A stretch of DNA of 64,000 nucleotides from positions 18,912,001-18,976,000 of the forward strand of contig CM059433.1 of the NCBI GenBank assembly GCA_030390025.1. The letters run 5' to 3'. Positions 1-12,152 of this stretch are shown piece by piece. Below the pieces are notes generated by a model. The model saw only the letters and a program-made list of their open reading frames with translations, made no database searches and was not told the origin of the DNA. Position 1 is the first letter of the stretch, and each line of letters begins with the position of its first letter. Origin of the DNA: Squalus acanthias (taxonomy: Eukaryota). The position numbers and the translations under genes were made by a program.

Positions 1-1372
1 GTATCCTACCATTTATTGTGTATTCCCTTGCCTTGTTAGCCCTCACCAAATGCATTAACTCTCTCTTCTCCAGATTGAATTCCATTTGCCACTTTTCTGC
101 CCACCTGACCAGTCCATTGATATCTTCCTGCAGTTTATAGATTTCTTTCTATCAACCACACGGCCAATTTATGTATCGCCTGCAAACTTCTTAATCACAC
201 CTCCTACATTGAAGTCTAAATCATTGATATATACACTAGTACTGAGCCCTTCGGAATCCCACTCGAAACAGCCTTCTAGTCACAAAAGCAACCGTCGACC
301 ATTACCCTTTGCTTCCTGCCACTGAGCCAATTTTGGATCCAACTTGCCACTTTCCCTTGGATCCCATGGGCTTTTACTTTTCTGACCAATCTGCCATGTG
401 GAACCTTGTCAAAAGCCTTGCTAAAATCCATGTAGATTACATCAAAAGCACTACCCTCATCAACCCTACATTATTACTTCCTCAAACAATTTAATCAAGT
501 TAGTCAGACACGACCTTCCCTTAACAAATCCATGCTGACTGTCCTTGATTAATCCGTGCCTTTCTAAATGACGATTAATACTGCCCCTCAGAATTTTTTC
601 CAATAATTTTCCCACCACCGAGGTTAGGCTGACTGGCCTGTAATTACTTGGTCTATCCCGTTCTCCCTTTTTAAACAACGGTACAACGTTAGCAGTCATC
701 CAGCACCACACCTGTAGCCAGAGAGGATTGGAAAATTTTGGTTAGAGCCTCCGCTATTTCCTCCCTTGCTTCTCTTAACAGCCTGGGATACATTTCAATA
801 GGGCTTGGCAATTTTTCTACTTTCAAAGATGCTAAACCCCTTAATATTTCTTCTCTCGCTATGTTTATCTCATCTAATATTTCACACTCCTCCTCCTTAA
901 CTACAATGGCTGCATCTTCCCTCTCTCTTTTGTGAAGACAGATGCAAAGTATTCATTGAGAACCATACCCATGTCTTCCGCCTCCAAACACAGGTTACCT
1001 TTTTGGTCTCTAATAGGCTGTACTCTTTCTTTAGTTATCCTCTTGCTCTTTTTGTATTTATCAAACATCTTGGGTTTTCCTTGATTTTACTTGCCAATAT
1101 TTTTTCATGCTCTCTTTGCTTTCCTGTTTTCCTTTTTAATTTCACCCCCTCACTTTCTATATCCCTTAAGGCTTTCTGCAGTATTTAGCTCTCAGTATCT
1201 GGCATAAGCTTCCCTTTTTTTTGCCTGTATCCTACCCTGTATTCCCCATGACATCCAGGGGGCTCTAGATTTGGGAGTCCCACCCTTTTTCTTTGTGGGA
1301 ACATATTTGCTCTGAACCCTCACTATCTCCTCCTTGAATGCCTCCCACTGCTCTGACACTGATTTACCTTCA
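1..1372 (-). mobile_element. CR1-clade LINE fragment (ORF2 endonuclease-to-RT region, degenerate)
   Basis: Minus ORF 466-711 reads [35 protein letters not shown]...SQHGFVKGRSCLTNL, which are CR1 RT motifs; frameshifted flanks. Confidence 0.9.
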
Positions 1373-1415
1373 TTTGACTACTGAAGTTTGACAGCATGAT
1401 TCATTCTGTTCTTGG

Positions 1416-1640
1416 GCGTGAGCCTTGGGCACGGTGGTAGCATTCCCGCCTCTGGGCCAGAAGGTGCAGGGTTCGAACCCCACTCCAGACAGTCCCGGCG
1501 AGGGGAGTCAGAGCTCCGACTTTGAATTCTGGGTTGACATCCAGTGGAATACTTGCGTCCGGTGGGTTGTGGGAGCCCATAAAACCCTCCCGCCGTATAG
1601 GACTAACCACCCTATCGACTGGTATAAAGATGGTTACTGT
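1416..1640 (+). mobile_element. tRNA-headed SINE-like element
   Basis: A-box-like GGCACGGTGGTAGC and B box GGGTTCGAACCCC (~1468-1480). The head resembles the DeuSINE head seen elsewhere in the window; the body is different. 3' end uncertain. Confidence 0.5.
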
Positions 1641-2069
1641 TAATCAGCCTGCAAATCCTTCCACTACTTCACACTGATCCCCAGAGGGATCACAAAAAGT
1701 AAATGATTCTCTTTTTTCACTGATTCTGTGATGTCGCAGCAAATTAGTTTAGAGTTTGATGTTGTGTTCAAGGTATAACATCTTAGACTTTTTCTGAGGT
1801 TTGAATCCCCTGTTTATGGAGCTATAGATACCACGGATGTCTGATGCTGCAATAACCCATTTAGCCCTGAGTTCAATATTCTTATCGGCTGTTTGCTACA
1901 TCAGATTTGTTCAGCGGATTGATATTTTTGTGACATAATGCTGTAAGAAGTCATCAATTCCAGTATGACTTTGACATCTACATTACAAAGAATTACACAT
2001 GTGGAATACGTTGCCAATGAAAGCTATTGAAGAAAACAAGATGAACAAATTCAAGAAACGAAAGATAGA

Positions 2070-2592
2070 GTGCATTTATATAGAACCTTTCACAACCTCA
2101 GGACATCCCAAAGTGCTTCATAGCTAATGAAGTACTTTTGAAGTGCAGTCACTGTTGTGGTGTAGAGTAATTTATTTATGATCTCACTACATAAATGACC
2201 CGAGTAACTCTTCCCACACATATTCTTTCTATCCCAAAAAACAAATCTAGTTTGAAACGCAGCAGCCAATTTGCGCACAAGGTCCTACAAACAGCAAATG
2301 GATACATGACCAGATAATCTGTGTTTAGTGATATTGGTTCAGGGATAAATATTGGCCAGGACACCAGGAGAACGCCCCTGCTCCTCTTCAAATAGTGTCA
2401 TGGGATCTTATACATCCAGCTGAGAGGGAAGACAGGGCCTTGTTATAATGTCTCATCCGAAAGACAGCACCTTCGACAGTGCAGCACTCTCTCAGTACCG
2501 CACTGCAGTGTCAGCCTGGATTATGTGCTCATGTCTCTGGAGTCGGGCTTGAAATCATAACCTTCTGACTGCTACCACTGAGTCATGCCTGA
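2070..2592 (-). mobile_element. DeuSINE (SacSINE1-like) copy with internal inverted insertion
   Basis: Minus strand gives a tRNA head, Deu-type core (...GATGAGAC...AGGCCCTGTC...) and an L2-like tail. Same family at 27640-29155, 53275-53375 and 59280-59500. Confidence 0.75.
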
Positions 2593-3394
2593 CAAGATTT
2601 AACTAGATTTATTTTTTGGGATAGAAAGAATATGTCGGAAGATTTACTCTGGTCATTTATGTAGTGAGATCATAAATAAATTACTCTGATTAGTATTTGT
2701 ACTGAAATCATAGACAGATTGAAAATTATATTTACACTTCATTCTTGTTGCTCTTCTCTGGACACTCTCCAAAACATAAATGTTCATTTTGAAATATGGC
2801 AGCCAGAATTACACACAGTATTTCAAAACAGATTTCAAGTGTGGTCTGACAAGTACATTAAAAAACCTCGGCATAGCCTCAGTAGGCGTATACTCCACTA
2901 TTCTGACTATATATCCCAATGTTGTATTTGCTTTTTAAATTCCTACTCTACATTGTCTCCAGATTGAAAGTGCCAAGTCTGCTGCTACTCCCTGATCCCT
3001 TTGTAAATCTTTCTGTTGAAATTCTATTCCTTTCATTGTACACACATGTTGTTCATTCTTTCTCCAGTGAAGCAGTTCTTAATACAATCAGTTTACTAAA
3101 GCAGTTATTTTTCCTCCTCTGGCAATCTTTTTCCCCCTCTCCTCCTCCTCCTCCTCCTTTCCTGAAGGGGTTGAATCCATGCTTCCACAGGTACTGGGCA
3201 CCTCCTGGTATATCGTCCCAAGTGTCCATTTTTACATGTAAGCCAAGACAATGAATTTAAACACACTTTTGGCCTCAAGGGACATCACAGCCGAGTCTGA
3301 TCTTGTCTCCGCCAGATGTCCAGAATTGTATACTTTGAGAAGGGGGTTGCCAGAAAGCAATTATAGTGCATCTACCTCTGCCTGAATGAGATCA

Positions 3395-4125
3395 GGTAAC
3401 TCTGATTAGGGGGTGCAGGAACAGAGAGACCTGAGGGTGTATGTACACAAATCTTTGAAGGTGGCAGGACAAGTTGAGAAGGCTGTTTTAAAAAAAAAAA
3501 GCATATGGGATGTTTGGCTTTATTAACAAAGGCATAGAGTACACAAGCAAGGAAGTTATGCTTAACCTTTATAAAACACTGTTTAGGCTTCAGCTGGAGT
3601 ATTGTGTTCAATTCTGGGCACCACACTTTAGGAAGGCTGTCAAGGCCTTGGAGAGGGTACAGAAGAGATTGACTAGAATGGTACCAGGGATGAGGGACTT
3701 CAGTCATGGGGAGAGACTGGAGAAGCTGGGGTTGTTCTCCTTAGAGCAGAGAAGGTTAAGAGGAGATTTGCTAGAAGTGTTCAAAATTATCAATGCTTTT
3801 GATAGATTAAATAAGGAGAAACTTGCCACTGGCTGAAGGTCGGTAACCAGAGGACACAGATTTAGGGTGATTGGCAAACGAACCAGAGGAAACATTTTTT
3901 TTACACAGCATGTTGTGATCTGGAATGCACTGCCTGAAAGGTTGGTGCAAGCAGATTCAATTAGTAACATTCAAAAGGGAATTGGATAAATCCTTGAAGG
4001 GAAAAGATTTACAGGGCTATGGGGAAAGAGCAGGGGAGTGGGATTAATTGGATTGCTCTTCTAAAGAGCCGGCACAGGCACGATAAGTCAAATGGCCTCC
4101 TTCTGTGTTGTATCATTCTATGATT
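3395..4125 (+). mobile_element. CR1 LINE 3' fragment
   Basis: ORF 3510-3836 LEYCVQFWAPHFRK...LGLFSLEQRRLRGDL; 3' tail ATTCTATGATTCTA. Confidence 0.92.
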
Positions 4126-4454
4126 CTAACTCTTGCATTGAACTTTGGACCTTCCTGGGTCTGTACAGTGCAGATGTTGACAGTCTAACCCTTTACTACA
4201 GCTTCATTAGAAAATGCATGTGCCACAGCCTGTCTCATCATTCTGGGGAATATGTATGTAACATTCCATTTTGGAGGGAATATGTTCAGGGATGGAATGT
4301 TCTCCAACTGGTACCAGTTTGGGAAATTGTCTTGGTTTTCTGCCACTGTTTTGCCTAATTCTGTTCTGCATCCGAAGGCCATAAACTAATTTAGCAAGGC
4401 AGCCTGCTCAGCTGTCCGACTAAAACAAGTTTAAGTTTTTAATATGATGAAATA

Positions 4455-5350
4455 AGCAGATTTGCAGATGACACAAAACTTGGAAGTATAGTGAACAGTG
4501 AGGAGGAGAAATAGATTTCAGGAAGACATAGACAGGCTGGTGAAATGGGCAGACACATGGCAGATGAAATTTAATGCAGAAAAGTGTGAAGTGATGCATT
4601 TTGCTAGAAAGAATGAGGAAAGGCCATATAAACTAAATGGTACAATCCTAAAGGGGGTGCACAAACAGAGACCTGGGGGTATGTGTGCATAAATCGTTGA
4701 AGGTGGCGGGGCAGGTTGAGAAAGCAGTTAAAAAGGCTTACTGGATCCTGGGCTTCATAAATAGAGGTATAGAGAACAAAAGTGTGGAAATTATGATGAA
4801 CCTGTATAAAACACTGGTTTGGCCCCAACTGGAGTACTGTGTCCAATTCTGGACACCACACTTTAGGAAGGATGTGAAGGCCTTGGAGAAGGTGCAGAAA
4901 AGATTTACGAGATTGATTCCAGGAATGAGGGCTTCAGTTACGTTGATAGACTGGAGAAGCTGGGGTTGTTCTCCTTGGAGCAGAGAAGATTGAGAGGAGA
5001 TTTGATAGAGGTGTTCAAAATCATGAGGGGTCTAGACAGGGTAGATAGAGAGAAACTGTTCCCATTGGCGGAAGGGTCGAGAACCAGAGGACACAGATTT
5101 AAGGTGATTGGCAAAAGAACCAAAGGCGACGTAAGAAAAACTTTTTCACAGAGTGGTTAAGATCTGGAATGCACTGCCTGAAAGGGTGGTGGAGGCAGAC
5201 TCAATTTTATCTTTCAAAAGGGAGTTGGATAAGTATCTGAAGGGAAAAAAAAATTGCAGGGCTACGGGGAAAGGGCAGGGGAGTGGGACTAGCTGAGAGT
5301 CGGGATGGGCCGCATGGCCGCCTTCCAGTCTGTACCATTCTATGATTCTA
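4455..5350 (+). mobile_element. CR1 LINE 3' fragment
   Basis: FADDTKL, KWADTWQMKFNAEKCEVMHF and LEYCVQFW motifs; ATTCTATGATTCTA tail. Confidence 0.92.
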
Positions 5351-5418
5351 AGCCTCTTGACTAGGTTTTATTTGCCTCTCTAATATAAAATCCTTACTGC
5401 ATTTTTTTTGTCTTGTAG

Positions 5419-5547
5419 GTCCTTACTCAACAAAGTGATTTTCTGGTTGGTAACCAGCTCAGTGTTGCTGATCTTCATTTGCTAGAGGCTGTGTTGATGG
5501 TTGAAGAACACGATCCCCATATTCTGTCAGAGTTCCCCAAGCTGCAG
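5419..5547 (+). CDS. GSTA: Glutathione S-transferase alpha class, penultimate coding exon
   Basis: Polypyrimidine tract and AG at 5417-5418, GT at 5548; 129 nt, phase 0. Reads VLTQQSDFLVGNQLSVADLHLLEAVLMVEEHDPHILSEFPKLQ, matching the GST-alpha 'D-Y/F-LVGNxLSxAD' region. Upstream exons not found in the window; paralog identity not assignable. Confidence 0.93.
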
Positions 5548-6169
5548 GTACGGGTTACATATTAAGTCTAAAGGTTTACATTATGTGATGGAGCAGGAGG
5601 GACCTAAGAGGGAAAAAAATAAATACAAAGTGCAAAAGGTAAGATATAAAAAGGACTGTGCAACCTTTGGTGTTTTTGTTAAGGTAAAATAAAACTCATC
5701 CATATTCATATCATTGCTCTATATAATTCATATCTTTGAAAGGTTTTCTTGATTTCCTGAGATTGCTTATGTTGCTCAATACCTTATTGGTACCAGAAGT
5801 GGAAGAGTGAGCTTGTATCTCTTGGAATTCTTCAGACTGACCCCGCCAAGCCCCACAGATCCTCCCATTAGCAGGGGTCTGGAGTCGGGTTCCCAACCCT
5901 CCCGGTTTGGGCGAGAGTCTACGGGAATGGGCGATTGGTCTCCCGAGCACTGCTGCCGGCGACTCGGGAGAAACATTCCTGTATGCCTGGTTCACGCATG
6001 GGTAGTACCCCGGTTGTTGTGGCTTGCAACCAAACCGCGTTGTCTGAGCCCTGCTGGTCTCCCCACTATTCGGAAACGCATCGCTTCATTACTGGCTGTG
6101 AGGATGCATTGGGGCCAGTGAAAATCACCTGGAAACTCCATGAGTCCTGAGAGAGCAATTGAGGGAGGA

Positions 6170-6320
6170 AGAGAGAGAGGGAAACACAAACTGGGAGAGG
6201 GAGAGGGAAACACAAACTGGGAGTGGGAGAGGGAGAGGGAAACACAAACTGGGAGAGGGAGAGGGAGACACAAACTGGGAGAGGGAGGGGGAAACACAAA
6301 CTGGGAGTGGGAGAGGGAGA
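6170..6320. repeat. Minisatellite (GGGAAACACAAACTGGGAGA + GA-rich spacer, about 5 units)
   Basis: Repeated ACACAAACTGGGAG core visible five times. Confidence 0.9.
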
Positions 6321-6349
6321 GTTCATGTCGCTGTGTGCTATTGTATAAT

Positions 6350-7044
6350 AGCCCAAAATTTGCGATCGGAGGCTTCCCGCGGGCGGATGCCTCCGACCTG
6401 TAAAAAATCTACGAATTTACCTGATGGCCCGGGAGGTATGGAGACTTGCGATCCTGGGCCTCTCCGGGTACGTGCGGGCACAGGCCCACGTATCCCAGGG
6501 GCAGATGCAGTTCGCAAGCGCCCCTGGGATCAGGCAGGCCGGCCCAACCAATAAAAGAAGGGAATCCCCATTCATACTTGTGGGAGTTCCGTACGTACTG
6601 AAACCCCATAAGTATGAACGGGGATCACTTAAAAAATACAAGGACGCATGAAATTTTTTTTAAATTACATATTTAAAATTCCATTTAATTAAATATTTTA
6701 AACAAATGTAATTTTTGGGGAAAAAAATGTTTTAACAGGGCTAAAAATAAACTTACATTAATGTTATAAATGAGGAGTGATAACATTTTATTTTTCTATT
6801 TTTTAAAACACTTATGCTGGTAAAAGCAGGCCTTACGTCTGCTTTTACCAGGCATAAGAATTTCACGGGCATTCAGCGGGCGGAAGTTGAGCAAATAGCG
6901 CAACTCTCCACCCGCGGAGGATCTGTCGAAGATTCTTGACAGATCGCAAGTTCCGGGTTTTAGTGCATGCGCTTCATATGCCTAAACCCGGAACTTGCGC
7001 GGCCCCTAAGGGCGCGTACACACCTCGCACGCAAAATACGGCCC
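6350..7044 (+). mobile_element. Non-autonomous DNA transposon (Harbinger-type MITE), copy 1, in last GSTA intron
   Basis: Imperfect 15-bp TIRs (AGCCCAAAATTTGCG / CGCAAAATACGGCCC) with 3-bp flanks AAT/AAC; homologous to the reverse complement of 42580-43244. Confidence 0.75.
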
Positions 7045-8410
7045 AACATGTTTTATTCTGGGAGTTGGGCAGTGTTGGTGCTACTTCCTGAGGACAGAGC
7101 CTCACCTCCCTGATGCTGGGCTTCAGTGGTGAGCTGTGGGAGTCAGTGTATTGAATTAGGTTTGGTTTTGGTTTTATTTATTATTTGTATAATTTGTGTA
7201 TACTGTAGTTAAAAAGGCATAAAATTGTCCGAAAACTTTAATTCGAAGTTACTCATATCGATGTTTTTGTTGCACAGTGGTGTTTCTTATTGCGGTCGCT
7301 ACTGTCGAAACATCACAGAAGTAGTTTTTATTTAAACATTATTTATCCTTGAATCTTTCAATTCTTTTGTGTTTTTCCCTTGATTTATAAATAATGTTAT
7401 TCATCTCTCTTTTTTTTTAAAAAAGTCATATTTTATTCGGGGCTTGGTGACACTGAGATACTCGAGTAAAGTAAATGCAATGACATTTGCAAAGAAGGGG
7501 CAAATGTCAGATGATGTGATTAAGCATCACATGAGCTGAGTCATGTGATTGAATGCCATGTGATGATCAAATCTCCAGGAATGCATCAAACTAGAGTTGG
7601 CAACCGTAGTCTGGAGTCATGTCCTTGCATTTGACAAACGCCCCTCTGGTGGGGTTCCAACCAAGCAAATCTAAAAGAAGAATGAGGTGGGAGACCGGGA
7701 GCGCCTACTATCAGGTGCAGGCCCAGTTACTCTGCTTGGGAACCCCATGGAAATCCCACAGCAGCCCAATGGAAGCAGGAACCTGGCCTAATCGGTCTCT
7801 ACCCTGCATCTGGAGAATGCCGATTTTTGCCAGGCACACTGCAGAGGAAAATCTAACCTCTCATCTCTTGCAGCCTGAGGCATCAGAATGTCAGACACTT
7901 GAATTAGGCTGCCCAGCAGTGACATTTAATAAATGAGTGTACATGTTTTCTGCAACTATGTAGGTATTGGACACATTTACAGTTAATCATTTGGGTGCAT
8001 GACACTTGTGCTGATGCCAGTACACTAGAACTTTGCACTTTACTCCCATTTTACTGCTCTTTCTCCACACTCGTTTTTATTTGTTTTTCAAATACTTAAT
8101 CCAGTTTAATTTTAAATGATATTGCCTATATTGTAATAACACAAAATATGTAACAGCAGGAAAAAATTGCAGTATCTCTGTTCCCCGTGTGTGTGTATAT
8201 ATACATTAATCACTAATAATTCTGTATCACATGCAATTTTACTTTTGCCATCTGCAGCACCTTGACTTGTTACTTACAAAGCAGTGGGATTCCAAATGAA
8301 ATGCCTATTTGAGCTATACCAACAACATGCCTTGTTGATCAGCTTGTGTTGCTATAATTGAACTAGTGAGTAGTTTTGCCTAACAAGAGTGCTCCAATAA
8401 TTCTTTCCAG

Positions 8411-8533
8411 AGATTCAAGTTGAAGATCAGCAATATCCCAAATATTCAGAAGTTCCTGCAACCTGGAAGTCCCAGAAAGCCACCGCCGGATGATCAGTAC
8501 GTTCAGATCGCAAAAGAAGTTCTCAGATTTTGA
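8411..8533 (+). CDS. GSTA: Glutathione S-transferase alpha class, last coding exon
   Basis: TTCTTTCCAG acceptor (AG 8409-8410). Reads RFKLKISNIPNIQKFLQPGSPRKPPPDDQYVQIAKEVLRF*, containing the GSTA hallmark KFLQPGSPRKP; in frame with the previous exon. Confidence 0.95.
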   Translation, partial: RFKLKISNIPNIQKFLQPGSPRKPPPDDQYVQIAKEVLRF

Positions 8534-8861
8534 GAGGCAATTTTGTGAAAGGAGTTGCACATCTCTAAAATGTTTGCAAAAATAGTTGTATTCATTTCCC
8601 CCACCAAGCTTAAAAATCGTTTTATATTAAAGATGTTCTAAGCTGTCAAATACACTTCATCATAATGCTCTACTGATTGCAGGTGGAATCATCATGAACT
8701 TAACTTTTTAAATGTCAAACTACATTAACAACTGCTAAATATTCTTGATTACCTGAACACTAGTTTTGTTTACTTAAAGTGCTGTGACTTGCAAAGAAAT
8801 TCATTTCTAACACCAAGTGGAAGTGTCAAAAAATAATTGTGAAATGGGAAGGGGAAAACCT

Positions 8862-8867
8862 AATAAA
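8862..8867 (+). terminator. Candidate polyadenylation signal of the GSTA gene
   Basis: AATAAA about 330 nt after the stop codon, followed by GT/T-rich sequence. Confidence 0.6.
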
Positions 8868-9029
8868 CTAAGAATGAATAATTGGTGTTTCATTGTCATT
8901 TCTATTGTTTAGCATTCATCAACATAATTTTCTGACACTTAAGCAAATTATTCTGGATATTGAATACTGTGGTAATTCTCTATCTCCCTTTTAGTTCTGA
9001 AAAATGCTGATATAATCTCAGAGCAGATG

Positions 9030-9690
9030 AGCTGACGCGGGGTGGAGTTGGGCGATGTTACGGAGGTGGAAGTAGGCGGTCTTGATGATGGAGTGGAAAT
9101 GTGGTCGGAAGCTCAACTCGGGGTCAAATACAACACCAAGGTTGCAAACAGTCTGGTTCAGCCTCAGTTACCAGAGAGAGGAATGGAGTTTGTCGCAGGG
9201 ACCGAAGACAATGGCTTCCCAATATTTAGTTGGAGGAAATTTCTGCCCATCCAGTACTGGATGTCGGACAAGCAATCTGACAAATAAGCAACAGTGGAGG
9301 GGTTGAGAGAGGTAGTGATGAAGTAGAGCTGGGTGTCGTCAGCGTACATGTGGAATCTGGTGTGTTTTCAGATGATGTCGTCGAGGGGCAGCATGCAGAT
9401 GAGAAATAGGAGGGAGGCCAAGGATAGATCCCTGGGGAACTCCAGAGGTAACGATGCGGGAGCGGGAAGAGAAGCCGTTGCAGGTGATTCTCTGGCTACG
9501 ATTAGATAGATAAGAATGGAACCAGGCGAGTGCAGTTCCACCCAAAGGCTGTAGACAGGTCGAGATGGTCGCAGTCACAGGATGTATATTTGTGAATTTG
9601 ATGAGGGCCGTTTCAGTACTGTAGCAGGGGTGCAAACCTGATTGGAGGGGTTCAAACATGGAGTTGCGGGAAAGATGGGCACAGAAAACA
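9030..9690 (-). mobile_element. L2 LINE RT fragment
   Basis: Minus ORFs with STETAL, GVPQGSILG, YADDTQLY and WMGRNFLQLNIGK. Confidence 0.88.
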
Positions 9691-9959
9691 GTAGTATTTT
9701 CTCTCCAACTTACAGAAGAAAAATCTGCATGGAATAACTTTCAAAGCTCACAGATACAAGGTAATTTTTAGTCTTGTAAGGCACTTTTGCCTTTGCATTT
9801 ATTCTAGGATTGTATTTCAGGAGTGACACCTGTGAGCTGCCTTTCTGGTTTTAGACTGCAAGTCAGGATCCAATCGCTACTGCTGCTGGATTCTGCCATG
9901 TGATGCAGAGACCCAGAATGCAAACATGGAGGCCTGTATTAACTTCAAAGAAACAGACT

Positions 9960-11080
9960 TCTTAATCCAACAGAACATTCTTTCACACATTTCTGTAGCG
10001 CTAAAGGCTGCAAAGGTAGGGTGAGGCAAGTCCATGAAGGGCTTTGTAGATGAGGTAAAGGTTTTGAACTTAGGGAATAGGAAGCCATTTTGGAGGTTAG
10101 CGGACAAAGGTGATGGGCGAGTAGGCCTTATTAGAAGATAGGATACAGGAAATGCAGCAGACAAGCTGGAAGGCTGATGAAGGTTTGGGGATGGTCTGGG
10201 GTAGTCAGTGTTACAGAGTGGTTATTAGCTGAGTTTGGTGACAAGATGTGGAGTTTGAAGCTCAGCCCCAGATCAAAAAAGACACCAAAGCTGCACATTA
10301 TTGGGCTCAGACAGCGCAAACAGAAAGGGATGTGAAGATTCTGGTGGGAGTTAAACAAGATAATTTGCTAATAACATTCTGGCTCATCTACAAGTTGTTA
10401 TTTGACCGGCAGTCAAACAGCATAGCAATAGAGTTGAGGATTCTGTCAGAGAGACAAAGCTTAGTATCAGCATACATAGAAACTGATCCCATTCTTACAG
10501 ATACTATCACCAAGAATGTAAATGAGAAATGGAGGAGGGGGTGATGGATAGAATTTGGGGCACATGGAAGCTAATCATTGCAGCAACAGCAGAAGGAGAA
10601 GCCATTGGGACAGGTAGGGGTTGGTACCAATGAGTAGGGGTTTGGAGTGGTTGACTGCAAAGGCTGTGGAGAGGTTGAAGGTAATATGACGGAAGAACTC
10701 ACTATGATTGTAGTGACTTTGACCAGGACAGTCTTGGTGCTGTGAGTAAGTTGGAAACCATTACAGGGATTCGAACAGCAAGTGTTTGGAAAGGTTAACT
10801 GTGGAGTTGGGTGGCAATGACACATTTAGTCTTAGAGAGGAGGTGTAGGTTTGAGGTGGGTGGTGAGGCTAGAAGGTCAAGAATGGGCTTTTTAAGGAAG
10901 TGTCTTTTAAACTGTTTTATGGAACAGGAGTAGTTAATGTCAGCGAGTATTGGGCCTCGGGTGGGAGAGAGTTGAAGGAGCAGGTGGTGGGTTTTGTGGA
11001 AGACTGATTAGAGCTGCTGGGGAAGGGGGAAGAAAGAAGCTACAGAGTGGGAGGTAGTGGTGAACGAGGAGGCTCAGGCA
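9960..11080 (-). mobile_element. Old, degenerate L2 LINE fragment
   Basis: Residual HSTKTVLVKVT and FKTFTSSTKPFMDL-like segments; purine-rich plus strand typical of antisense L2. Confidence 0.55.
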
Positions 11081-11877
11081 GCTAACTAGACCATTTGAAT
11101 TTGAGCCTATGTTAATTGGACCAATAAGGGTGGCACTGGGTACCCCAATGTGACCGGACAGAAATAAATAGCACAAATGCCCTCAAGCTGAGGAGGGCAA
11201 AACCAGTGAAGTAGTCCAACATGCAGCCCAATAAAACAAAGAAGCAAAGCGTAAAACTAAATCACGATCTTGCTGCTGTGGTCAATTATGCAGTTTACGT
11301 GGGTCGTGGAAACAAATTTAACTTTGGAGATTAAGAAATCCATGCGATCTTTGCACCTGATTTAGAGTTTACGATGGATGAAGATCATTGGAGGCATTTT
11401 GGGGTAAAGTTGTGGGAGTTCCTTCACCTCAGCCTGATCTTGGAGCAGTGAGAGGATTTGGTCCCAGAGAAACAATGTTGATGAAGCTCAATGTACTGTG
11501 GATGACCGGGTCAGTTGTGTGTCATGTGGGCTCAAGCCCATCACGAATGGGTGGAAAAAAAATTTCAAATGGCAGAATAAATTCAAACAAAAAACTCCCC
11601 CTGTGACATAACGGGTAGGAAACAACTAGCAATCAGCGTGTGAAAAAGAACAAAATAGCCTTGTGCCTTCGTGAATACCAAAAGTTTGTTTTTATTTTGC
11701 TGCTCTGCAAGTGGTGGGTGTAATATAAATAATTTATTATACAAAAAAAATGCATGTCAGTTCTATTCTGGTTAAAGTAAATGGTATGTTGATGTTTAAT
11801 CAATTACAGTAACCAGAAGATCAATTCTCCATTACAATTAGACGTCCAAGCTCATATTAAATTGGCTAAACGCTCTC

Positions 11878-12152
11878 CCTGTGGCTCAGTGCGTTTATCC
11901 AGTAAGGACCTTGAGCCATAAATTTCAGCAAGGTCTCAGGCTCAATTCTTGATCTAAATTAGCTGACTTTCTTTGGGCAATGGAGGTGCGACAATGTGCC
12001 CACATTAGGGAGGATGAAAATGCCCAGGGTTTCTGTTGCTAATCCGTGCCTGAAGATCCTTGCTGGCAATGAACAGGGTCAGCGTTGTCTCCAAATGAAT
12101 AGGTTGCTTCCACTCTCAGTCAGGGCTCCAACAAGAAAAATAGTCACACTGG
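11878..12152 (+). mobile_element. Ancient tRNA-SINE (AmnSINE2-like); further copies at ~21675-22030 (+), ~39345-39720 (+), ~3185-3400 (-)
   Basis: Copies share motifs such as AGGAAG-TCCCAGGTTCAATCCC, TAGCTGAT and CTCACAC-TGAA-A-TGG-CACTTGG. Family name from recall of the consensus. Confidence 0.5.

Noticed and set aside
1640..5400. Additional upstream GSTA exons
   Set aside because: No splice-bounded segment with GST-alpha-like translation was found by eye; they probably lie upstream of the window.
6066..6554. ORFs with repetitive SPSP/ERER peptides, and a possible CRISPR-like array
   Set aside because: These are translations of a minisatellite and MITE; there are no unique spacers and the context is eukaryotic.
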